A stretch of DNA of 24,440 nt, taken from an uncultured virus (IMG/VR IMGVR_UViG_3300015610_001396). Taxonomy: Duplodnaviria > Heunggongvirae > Uroviricota > Caudoviricetes. Numbering within the stretch: the stretch's first letter is position 1; every line of letters begins with the position of its first letter. The translations under genes were made by a program, and so were the position numbers. This document shows positions 1 through 6,898 of this stretch, in pieces. The stretch spans positions 62,001 to 86,440 of the IMG/VR virus record IMGVR_UViG_3300015610_001396; one strand, written 5' to 3'. A model generated the notes under the pieces. That model did no database searches. It saw only the letters and a list, made by a program, of their open reading frames with translations, and had not been told where the DNA came from.

Positions 1-252
1 CCCACTGGTCATCAGCAGGCTGTGTGCGCGCGCCATGTAGCTGGGAGCGTTCCCGTCAAAATCCACCGGGGCAGAGTGCTCGAACGTAGCGGTAGCGCCA
101 GAGATGAACCACTGCTCTACTTCCTGGCAGAGCTTCATTGCCTCTGCATGAATCGGGTCATTCTTGCTAGAGCCGGCGACGGCGGCACGCCGCTTAGCCA
201 TGACCTGGTTGGGGGTGAGGGGGAGCATGGGCTGGGATGCGCGAGGGGGCAT
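1..252 (-). CDS. hypothetical protein, 5' part (runs off the window edge)
   Basis: AGAAAGG RBS-like sequence, ATG at 252 and an open frame MPPRASQPMLPLTPNQVMAKRR... to position 1. Confidence 0.7.
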   Translation of the reverse strand, partial: MPPRASQPMLPLTPNQVMAKRRAAVAGSSKNDPIHAEAMKLCQEVEQWFISGATATFEHSAPVDFDGNAPSYMARAHSLLMTSG

Positions 253-279
253 GATGTGGACCTTTCTGGGATGTGTGAG

Positions 280-447
280 TCAGCTTAGCTGTCTGTGTTC
301 TGGGAGTTGCTCGTCATCAAAGAGCATCCCAATGCAGTCTAGCCATTTCTGTGCGTGAGCTACTTTGCTCAAAACAAGATAGCTCGCAGAAAACACAGGG
401 GGCACATGTTTTCCTAGCGGGACTCCTAGTTCATGTGTGAGGAGCAT
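280..447 (-). CDS. micro-ORF (55 aa, MLLTHELGVP...)
   Basis: GAGGAG just before ATG at 447; ML start as in other micro-ORFs; fills the gap after the nuclease. Confidence 0.55.
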   Translation of the reverse strand: MLLTHELGVPLGKHVPPVFSASYLVLSKVAHAQKWLDCIGMLFDDEQLPEHRQLS

Positions 448-460
448 GCTCCTCACACAT
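433..460. repeat. perfect 28-bp palindrome ATGTGTGAGGAGCATGCTCCTCACACAT
   Basis: Sequence equals its own reverse complement. Confidence 0.95.
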
Positions 461-463
461 AGC

Positions 464-1528
464 TCAGGATTCTTCAGCTTGTGCGGAGCTTGCAAGCTCT
501 TGTGCGAGATTCAACACTTCTGCTCTGTGCTTGCAGGAAGCAGGCAGCAAACTCGCAGCTGCGGAAAGCAGATCGTGATGCTCTACATCAAGGCCTGCGG
601 CTGTGGCCATTTCGATCCGTCCCATGTGTTGTTGCACACGGATCTCAACACAACCCCCCACGCCTGCTCGCTCGGCCCACTTAGCCATTTGTACGTCTGC
701 AGCAGCTGATGTCTGTGCGGTAATATAAACGAAGCAATCCGGGTTTTGCTGATCGAGTAATCGTAGATCATCATCATAGGTGTCCTCGGTGGTGTTCATT
801 ACGACAGGCACACGCTGGCGATGAACACTCCAGGCTCCTGCTTGGTTGCGCACCATGTAGTGGCCTACTCCAAATTCCCCATGCGCTGTGCCATGGAAGG
901 CGCCAAGCTGGATCACCTTTTGCGCTTTGTATTTTTGGAAGTTGTGCAGGTGGCCACTGAGGGTTAGCGGCCTGCGGTCGGCAGGGCACTTCATCAATAC
1001 GTCAGCTGCGTCCGTGCTCCCGTCCGCCAGAAAACTTCCCCCAACCACCGCAGCATGTGCAACGAGTACACGGTTTTGAGTGATCCTTCGTGAGCACTCT
1101 TCAATCGCCTGTAGGAATTGTACCGATTTAGTCGTCCAAGAAACTGCCACGACGTACGGACAACCCACAAATGTACTTGACGGTGGGACCACAAAAACAT
1201 TGATCATTCCCTGGTAGGCCAGCAGCGTATGAGCTTTATCGCTGGCCAGGTCGTGGTTGCCCGCGAGGATCAGAACTTTAGATCGCTGAGCGATACGCTC
1301 TAGCACTCTGCGTGTGGCTCCAATGATCGCTGGTGGAGGATTAGCGATGTGGTGAAGATCCCCGAGCTGGATGAACCACTCAGGGTCATGGCGCTCAGCT
1401 ACCTCGAGCATCCCCTGGAGCACCTGTCGCGCTCTCAGCGATACCTCGTGCTCGTCGAGCGGACCCCCATGACGGAAGTTGTGAATATGGGTGTCCCCGA
1501 TCACAACTGCTGCAGCACGATCGCTCAT
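464..1528 (-). CDS. SbcD/Mre11/gp47-like metallophosphoesterase (recombination nuclease subunit)
   Basis: Calcineurin-like motifs GDTH, GDLHH, GNHD, VAH and SGHLH in order; GAAGGG upstream; replication context. Confidence 0.88.
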   Translation of the reverse strand: MSDRAAAVVIGDTHIHNFRHGGPLDEHEVSLRARQVLQGMLEVAERHDPEWFIQLGDLHHIANPPPAIIGATRRVLERIAQRSKVLILAGNHDLASDKAHTLLAYQGMINVFVVPPSSTFVGCPYVVAVSWTTKSVQFLQAIEECSRRITQNRVLVAHAAVVGGSFLADGSTDAADVLMKCPADRRPLTLSGHLHNFQKYKAQKVIQLGAFHGTAHGEFGVGHYMVRNQAGAWSVHRQRVPVVMNTTEDTYDDDLRLLDQQNPDCFVYITAQTSAAADVQMAKWAERAGVGGCVEIRVQQHMGRIEMATAAGLDVEHHDLLSAAASLLPASCKHRAEVLNLAQELASSAQAEES

Positions 1529-1542
1529 GGCCCTTCTTTCTT

Positions 1543-1548
1543 AGTATA
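1543..1548 (-). promoter_or_regulatory. possible -10 element (TATACT) upstream of the nuclease gene
   Basis: TATACT 14 nt upstream of ATG in a 160-bp non-coding gap; no convincing -35. Confidence 0.25.
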
Positions 1549-1689
1549 CAGAAGAGTCCCGAAGGGACGGGATTGAAATAGCCCAGAAATCGTTATTGTT
1601 TTTGCGCAATCGACAACGCGCGTACGATTTCTGCCAAGCCGTTAGGCGCCCATTAGAAGGCCTCTAGGTGAGGGTACACCCTCTGCGGG

Positions 1690-2280
1690 CTACCGCCTCA
1701 CGCGCGGGGCTTGTTGGGGCACCAGGATGGGATCAAACGGGGCCTGCGGGGTGGGTAGGGGCTTCACGGTCGTGATAGGAAGCGCCCTGCCATACCAGAT
1801 GCGATCGACAGCAGCGTTGGCGCTATCAGCGATCATCGACGCTGCCTGCATCATGGGCAGATTGATGATCGTGTGATCCGCTCCCTGGAGATGCCGCTCG
1901 TTGTATTCATTCTCGAGCGCTTGTGCCATGGGAGTCACTGCTTGAGCGATCCGCGACCAGGCGTATGATGCTCCGCGCTTGTTGGAGCACTCTTCCCATG
2001 AGTGCACTGCTGCCCAGAGCATGGCTGGCAGCCACTGCCCATCGGGGATGGCATCGAGCTGCTGCCGCAGATGGGAGTACCACTGACGCCCCCGGTTCAG
2101 GTCGAAGTTGGGGTTTACCAACTTGCTCTGGTGTTTGTTGAAGCTGTCGAGCGCGCGCTGCAGGTAGGGCTGGTGCTTGGGGAGGAAGCGGTCGTGGTAC
2201 CCGTGGATCACAGCGCGCACCATGACAACCCAGAGCCGAGGTACGAGCGCTTGATCTTCGTCTTTGATGATTGCGTTCAT
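1690..2280 (-). CDS. hypothetical protein (196 aa)
   Basis: Long ORF in the operon direction; no recognised motif. Confidence 0.75.
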   Translation of the reverse strand: MNAIIKDEDQALVPRLWVVMVRAVIHGYHDRFLPKHQPYLQRALDSFNKHQSKLVNPNFDLNRGRQWYSHLRQQLDAIPDGQWLPAMLWAAVHSWEECSNKRGASYAWSRIAQAVTPMAQALENEYNERHLQGADHTIINLPMMQAASMIADSANAAVDRIWYGRALPITTVKPLPTPQAPFDPILVPQQAPRVRR

Positions 2281-2302
2281 GTTTTGGTGTGATTGGTGCG
2301 TG

Positions 2303-2452
2303 TTAGGCGTGTAGAAATATTGGCATCAATTCATACGCTGTGGCGTATAGATCAAAATAAGGCTCTGTTTGTAGTTTCTGGTAGTTCCATGGGACGTAAT
2401 ATGGGTAAACCTGCTTGTATTCTGTCAGCGGTTGGCACAGCAACAGCATCAT
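2303..2452 (-). CDS. micro-ORF (49 aa), paralog of 2476-2631
   Basis: MMLLLCQPLTEYKQVYPYYVPWNYQKLQTEPYFDLYATAYELMPIFLHA aligns end to end with its neighbour. Confidence 0.75.
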   Translation of the reverse strand: MMLLLCQPLTEYKQVYPYYVPWNYQKLQTEPYFDLYATAYELMPIFLHA

Positions 2453-2475
2453 TAGCTCAGTGTGGGTGCTCTGCG

Positions 2476-2631
2476 CTAGACGTGGAGAAATATCTCCAGG
2501 AGATCATAGATTGCGGCGTACGGAGGAGGAGGGTAAGGCTCAACCTGCAGGGCTTTTCCATTCCAGGGGATGTAAGAAAGCCCATGCCATTCTAGCCCTT
2601 TTCCTAGTGTTTGGTATATCAACAGCGTCAT
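2476..2631 (-). CDS. micro-ORF (51 aa), paralog of 2303-2452
   Basis: MTLLIYQTLGKGLEWHGLSYIPWNGKALQVEPYPPPPYAAIYDLLEIFLHV; ATGA overlap with the upstream stop. Confidence 0.75.
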   Translation of the reverse strand: MTLLIYQTLGKGLEWHGLSYIPWNGKALQVEPYPPPPYAAIYDLLEIFLHV

Positions 2632-3092
2632 TTGTCGGACACATACCCTTTTGCGCTGATGATGGTTTCTTTGATCAAGCGCACTGACGACAGCTCCCCT
2701 CGGCTGTTCACAACCAGCCAGTTTTCAGGCAGTGCTCGGAATCTGGCTGATTCTGTGACGTAGAGCCTGGCCTTGTCGGGTGCGTGCTCGGGGATCAGTT
2801 GACCATTCGGAAAGCGCAGCAAAAAATGCCCGTGGTGCTTGAACACCCAGTCGATCTGTTCGACTGTGGGCTTGTCGAGCCCAAGCAGGATTTCACTCAT
2901 CCTTTGGATGACCGCGTTGGCCTTTTTGCCACCTTCGGGGCAGAGGTAGACTTTGAGCTGCTCGCGGCAGCGGTAGAGGTCTTTGCGCTGCTGTTTGATG
3001 ATTTCGCGCGCCCTGGCGAGCGGGGTGTCTTCTTCTTCTTCTTCGAGCTGCGCTTGGATCGCTTCTCGGCTCGGCTTGTTGATATTGGCCAT
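2628..3092 (-). CDS. hypothetical protein (154 aa; acidic/coiled-coil N-terminus)
   Basis: AAGGA before ATG; protein-like composition; coupled to the downstream micro-ORF. Confidence 0.75.
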   Translation of the reverse strand: MANINKPSREAIQAQLEEEEEDTPLARAREIIKQQRKDLYRCREQLKVYLCPEGGKKANAVIQRMSEILLGLDKPTVEQIDWVFKHHGHFLLRFPNGQLIPEHAPDKARLYVTESARFRALPENWLVVNSRGELSSVRLIKETIISAKGYVSDK

Positions 3093-3547
3093 AGCGTGAA
3101 ATCCTTGCCTGCATTGGCGTTGAATTCTACGTTGAGCCCTGTTGTGCTGTAGAGCTCGCTGGACTCAACGAGAAGGCCTGTGGGTGTGATTTGGAAGTTG
3201 AAGTTTCTTTGGCAGAGAAAAATGCGGCACGCGTAGGTTTTCGGTTGCTGCACCTGGGCGACAAACCACAGCACGGCGTCGCATTTGTCGTCCACGCCTA
3301 GCCACTCAGCTACAGCATCGCGTACGTGCTTGGCGCTACCCTGCAGGTTGTCCGAGTCCAGCTTGGCCGGCGCATAACGTGTGATGATGACGAGCAGCGG
3401 GTAGGTAGCGGGCTTCGGCCCCCACGCTTTGAGCGCGGTTTCTACGGCGGCGTGTTGTTCGTTCGCACGCTTGGTGCGCTTCCAGAAATGCTCATGCGCG
3501 TTGGCTTCTGAAACCAGGCGCAAATCTGGGATGGTTACGTCGAGCAT
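2897..3547 (-). CDS. RusA-like Holliday junction resolvase
   Basis: RusA pattern: N-terminal S-x-A-N, then D-S-D-N-L-x-G-x-x-K-x-x-R-D...G-V-D-D; S/K/R-rich tail overlaps the next gene. Confidence 0.75.
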   Translation of the reverse strand: MLDVTIPDLRLVSEANAHEHFWKRTKRANEQHAAVETALKAWGPKPATYPLLVIITRYAPAKLDSDNLQGSAKHVRDAVAEWLGVDDKCDAVLWFVAQVQQPKTYACRIFLCQRNFNFQITPTGLLVESSELYSTTGLNVEFNANAGKDFTLWPISTSRAEKRSKRSSKKKKKTPRSPGRAKSSNSSAKTSTAAASSSKSTSAPKVAKRPTRSSKG

Positions 3548-4322
3548 GAGCTATGCTCATAGCATGTACGTACTTCCTATGAAAGCAGAAAACCTACCGA
3601 ATCACCTGATGCCAGGTTCTGTAGATTTGCTGCTGACCGATCCTCCGTACTACGGGGTGGTCGACGAGGCTTGGGACAACCAGTGGCCGAATGCGCACGC
3701 ATACGCGCAATGGCTGGCAGACGTACTGCTGGCGTTCAAGCCCACGCTAGCACCTGACGCATCCATCTTGGTTTTCCAGGCGATGGGGAAGCACGGGTGT
3801 CACCCAGTTTTTGATGTAGTGCGCAAGCTGGAAAATGGCGGGTACCACTTTCGCAACTGGATAACCTGGAAGAAGCGTCGGGCTTACGGCAAGTCTCACG
3901 ATTACCTGTACATCCGCGAGGAGATTCTGTGGTTCAGCATGTCTCCTGATCGCACTCAGGTGCGTTTCAATGTGCCCTTACTGAGCGAAAAGCGCGGCTA
4001 CTCTGGATTTTCCAAAGCCCATCCAGCACATAGCGAATACAAGCGGGTGGGGAATGTGATGACTGACGCGGGTTGTTACGATTTGATTGACGATTGCCCC
4101 GAGCTCATGCGCCCTGAGCGTAGGTGCCAGAAGCCACAGAATCTTATGCGGAGGCTGGTGGAGACGCATAGTCACCCTGGGGATCTTGTGGTTGACCCGT
4201 TTGCTGGGTGGGGCAGCACAGGCGTTGCTGCTTTGTCGCTCGGTCGTGGGTTTCTCGGATGTGAAGCGATCACAGAAGATGCAGCGGCTGCTGATCGTCG
4301 GTGTAGCGCAGCAGCCAGGTAG
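3546..4322 (+). CDS. orphan N6-adenine/N4-cytosine DNA methyltransferase, beta class (start could be 3546 or 3564)
   Basis: SVDLLLTDPPY (motif IV) precedes QKP..L.RRLV and VVDPFAGWGSTG (motif I), the beta-class order. Confidence 0.92.
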   Translation: MSYAHSMYVLPMKAENLPNHLMPGSVDLLLTDPPYYGVVDEAWDNQWPNAHAYAQWLADVLLAFKPTLAPDASILVFQAMGKHGCHPVFDVVRKLENGGYHFRNWITWKKRRAYGKSHDYLYIREEILWFSMSPDRTQVRFNVPLLSEKRGYSGFSKAHPAHSEYKRVGNVMTDAGCYDLIDDCPELMRPERRCQKPQNLMRRLVETHSHPGDLVVDPFAGWGSTGVAALSLGRGFLGCEAITEDAAAADRRCSAAAR

Positions 4323-4392
4323 TGGCTTTTGTGTATGTCCCGTATATGTTGAGTTCTGTCTTGGGGTATTTGCATCGGGATGGCGGGTTCAT
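4270..4392 (-). CDS. micro-ORF (40 aa), antisense overlap with the MTase 3' end
   Basis: ATGA coupling to the upstream micro-ORF; contains GTYTKATTW, resembling the array motif. Confidence 0.4.
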   Translation of the reverse strand: MNPPSRCKYPKTELNIYGTYTKATTWLLRYTDDQQPLHLL

Positions 4393-4583
4393 TGTGTAAG
4401 GCGCCAAATAGTAGGTCGTTGTGTTCTGGATACGCATGAGATGAATTTGTTGAGTATGGGCTTGAGCTTGCCGGCGTTGAGGCTGTTTGCTGGGTATCGC
4501 AGCCTGGGGCGCTCTCTGCAGTAGCTGCCTATGCACTTGCGCAAGTAGAACGACCCGTAAGGTCTAGCTCCATCTACTAGCAT
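4389..4583 (-). CDS. micro-ORF (64 aa, MLVDGARPY...)
   Basis: GAAGGGG 7 nt before ATG; ML start. Confidence 0.6.
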   Translation of the reverse strand: MLVDGARPYGSFYLRKCIGSYCRERPRLRYPANSLNAGKLKPILNKFISCVSRTQRPTIWRLTQ

Positions 4584-4595
4584 GTGTGAGCCCCT

Positions 4596-4769
4596 TCACA
4601 GAGCTGCGAGGTCTGTCTCTGTGTAGTAGGCCGAGCAACAACGCAGCCGCCACATGGCCGTACGATGGTCCACAAGGAAGTACGCGTATCCTTGCCTGGG
4701 ATACGCGTATCCCAGGCAATGTCCCAAATAATAGAGATCGCCCATCGGGATGATGAGAGGCATCCACAT
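4596..4769 (-). CDS. micro-ORF (57 aa, MWMPLIIPMGDLYY...)
   Basis: AAGGGG upstream, directly after tRNA-Ala; hand translation gives an open frame to TGA. Confidence 0.5.
   Translation of the reverse strand: MWMPLIIPMGDLYYLGHCLGYAYPRQGYAYFLVDHRTAMWRLRCCSAYYTETDLAAL
4692..4719. repeat. perfect 28-bp palindrome TTGCCTGGGATACGCGTATCCCAGGCAA
   Basis: Self-reverse-complementary; adjacent direct repeat TACGCGTATCC at 4681-4691 and 4702-4712. Confidence 0.95.
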
Positions 4770-4783
4770 GTACTTACCCCTTT

Positions 4784-4855
4784 TGGTGGAGAGTACGGGA
4801 GTCGAACCCGTCTGTCAGGCCTTGCAAAGGCCCGCACTGTCCCGACAGACTCCCC
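4784..4855 (-). tRNA. tRNA-Ala(UGC) with shortened, non-canonical D-arm and encoded CCA
   Basis: Acceptor GGGGAGT/ACTCTCC with G3:U70, ACCA end, anticodon arm GGGCC-TTTGCAA-GGCCT, T-arm ACGGG-TTCGACT-CCCGT. Confidence 0.85.
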
Positions 4856-4928
4856 ATAGGTTGCTCCAGATGGCCCTGCTGGAGCACCAGGCCCTACGCG
4901 CTGTTAGGCGTGCCGGGATGGGATGGTA

Positions 4929-5816
4929 TCAGAAGGGGATGTCTTCATCATCAGCGGGCCCCGCCGAGGCCTCGAAGTCCGCTTCGCTGTGCACTGGAGT
5001 GGTGTAGGTGGTGCCACGGCGAGCTGCCGGCGCCTGGAGCTGCGGCGTGCCGAGCTCAGGCTTGGGGGCACGGGCCAGGTCGGCAGCGGGGCGCTCGCCC
5101 GTCTCCGACCAGCGCTTGAGCGTGTCGTAGTCGAAAATCTGCACGCGAGCAGTCAGCGACTGGCACATCTCGAGGAAGTGGTTGACCACCGCGGGGTTGT
5201 CGCTGATCGGGCAGGCGTTCTTCTTGTCGACGCTGTACATCACGTCCCGCTTGGGATCACGGGCGTTGGGCTTCGGGCTCTTGGTCACGTCCAAGAGGTT
5301 GCCGCGCATGGGATCGAAGAACATGGGATCGTTGTCGAGCCGCGCCGCATCGATCCACTCACGGAACTTGGTGACGATCCCACCCGGCACGTTCCAGGGG
5401 AGCACCTTGGGGTTTTCGTACACCTGCACGTCCTGAGGCTTGCAACCCTTCGGCGCAAACTTGAGCACCATGAGGTTGACGATGGCCTGACGCTTGGCCA
5501 CCATGTCGCTGTTGCCCATCTCCGCTTCCTCGCAGAAGGGACACGGGGCCATCAGGTTGCGGCTGTGCATGCGCGGGCACACAGCCATGTGGTCCTTGCC
5601 GGCAGCGCGGAAACTGTGCTGCCAGATGGTGATCCAGGGAAAGCCCCCGGACAGGAAGGCATCTTCACGCAGCCCAGGCATCACGCGCACGGCGTAGCGC
5701 CCGAGCTCCATCTGCACCCGCGTAGCGGGGCGAGCCTTCTTGTAGAGCTCGTCGTCGCGGTCGAGCCTGCCGAAGTCGAGCTCGTCGACATTGAAACGGG
5801 AGAGTTGATTACTCAT
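4929..5816 (-). CDS. T4 gp32-like single-stranded DNA-binding protein
   Basis: H...CP...CPFC zinc ligand pattern as in gp32; acidic C-terminal tail DDEDIPF; adjacent to UvsY-like gene. Confidence 0.85.
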   Translation of the reverse strand: MSNQLSRFNVDELDFGRLDRDDELYKKARPATRVQMELGRYAVRVMPGLREDAFLSGGFPWITIWQHSFRAAGKDHMAVCPRMHSRNLMAPCPFCEEAEMGNSDMVAKRQAIVNLMVLKFAPKGCKPQDVQVYENPKVLPWNVPGGIVTKFREWIDAARLDNDPMFFDPMRGNLLDVTKSPKPNARDPKRDVMYSVDKKNACPISDNPAVVNHFLEMCQSLTARVQIFDYDTLKRWSETGERPAADLARAPKPELGTPQLQAPAARRGTTYTTPVHSEADFEASAGPADDEDIPF

Positions 5817-6243
5817 TGAAGTTGTCCACGTCAGCGAGGGGGTGGTTGGGGTTGGTGGGCGCGGGGGTCTGGTGACGCACGAGCGCCCCGATGCTCTGCA
5901 GCATGCGGCTCTTGTGCTCCATGGCCGTCAGCGCGGCTTCGATCTTGGACACCTTGTCCTGCTCGCGCAGGTGGGCATCGCGCGCGGCGACGTATTCCGA
6001 GTCCTGCTCAGCCAGGGCCTTGAGGTCGTCCACGGTCGGCTGCTTGGTCAGCCCGTGGTGAACCTTCAGCCGGAGCCAGGCTTCGTTGTAGGCCGAGCTC
6101 ATCGCGTTGGCGGTACGGCGAGACTCGGTGCGTGCAGCAGCGAGCTTGCCGGCCAGGTTGGCGATTTCCTCGGGAAGGAGGCGCATCTCGTCGAGGATGC
6201 TGGAAATGGATGGAATCGACGTAGCTTCAGAAACAGGGCGCAT
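5809..6243 (-). CDS. UvsY-like recombination mediator protein
   Basis: 144-aa helical protein with T..DLKA....D.EY ... AMEHKSRMLQSI pattern; next to SSB; TGGAG RBS. Confidence 0.6.
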   Translation of the reverse strand: MRPVSEATSIPSISSILDEMRLLPEEIANLAGKLAAARTESRRTANAMSSAYNEAWLRLKVHHGLTKQPTVDDLKALAEQDSEYVAARDAHLREQDKVSKIEAALTAMEHKSRMLQSIGALVRHQTPAPTNPNHPLADVDNFNE

Positions 6244-6284
6244 GAGAGACTCCAGAGCGAGAGAAAATGGGCTGCGCAGTCCTC

Positions 6285-6455
6285 CTACACAGCCAAGAAG
6301 AGGCTAGCACGTTTTGCATACACGATCCAACCGCATCTCAGAATTTCTGGTGTCGCGGTCGTTGACCGCGCCCAGCTCAAAAGCGGGTGCCATGATCCGT
6401 GGCCTATTCGCTCCAGTACGCGACCATGAACAGCGCAGTGGGTTTTTAGCAGCAC
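6285..6455 (-). CDS. micro-ORF (56 aa, MLLKTHCAVHG...)
   Basis: GTG start overlaps the upstream stop (GTGCTGCTAA junction); open frame to TAG. Confidence 0.5.
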   Translation of the reverse strand: MLLKTHCAVHGRVLERIGHGSWHPLLSWARSTTATPEILRCGWIVYAKRASLFLAV

Positions 6456-6601
6456 AGCAACACTATGTTTTTGTAGATGTAGTAGTTACAAAATATCACC
6501 CAGCACTCACACTCAAACATTCCCGCACTACACAAGGACCAAATAGGACCTCTTCTGTTGAAGGATTTAGACGGGACAGTCAGCGGCACGCTGACTAGCA
6601 T
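6446..6601 (-). CDS. micro-ORF (51 aa, MLVSVPLTVP...VLLCC)
   Basis: ML start and Cys-Cys end overlapping the next start, as at array junctions. Confidence 0.5.
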   Translation of the reverse strand: MLVSVPLTVPSKSFNRRGPIWSLCSAGMFECECWVIFCNYYIYKNIVLLCC

Positions 6602-6646
6602 TGTAGCCGCGTTCCGGCTGGAAAATACAGGTTCTCAGTCACTGTA

Positions 6647-6898
6647 TCACCCTTCAATATCTACAACGAGCTCGTAGCGCCATCGAACATGAATCATCTC
6701 GGGGGAAGACTCACTTTCCCGGCAAATCCAAAGGGTAAAACTGTCAGTCAATCCGGCATCAGCATGGTTTTTGATGTACTGCTGGACAGCAGACTCCATG
6801 TTGCTGGCGTCGTAGATTTCTGGCTCATCATTTGAGCTTCCGACAATCAAATTGTCTTCGGGAATCCAAGAATCCCAAATGTGGAACTTGCCCATCAT
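6647..6898 (-). CDS. hypothetical acidic protein (83 aa)
   Basis: ATGA overlap with the polymerase stop. Confidence 0.7.
   Translation of the reverse strand: MMGKFHIWDSWIPEDNLIVGSSNDEPEIYDASNMESAVQQYIKNHADAGLTDSFTLWICRESESSPEMIHVRWRYELVVDIEG

Noticed and set aside
3429..3545. Upstream extension of the methyltransferase ORF
   Set aside because: Antisense to the RusA-like gene; MTase-like sequence begins only after 3546
4923..5819. 298-aa plus-strand ORF (and similar ORFs at 5842-6429, 8047-8856, 10698-11471)
   Set aside because: Antisense shadows of GC3-rich minus-strand genes that have clear motifs
6348..6426. Cloverleaf-like sequence ending in ACCA on the minus strand
   Set aside because: No TTC T-loop and a poor anticodon loop; the region is explained by the coupled micro-ORF 6285-6455
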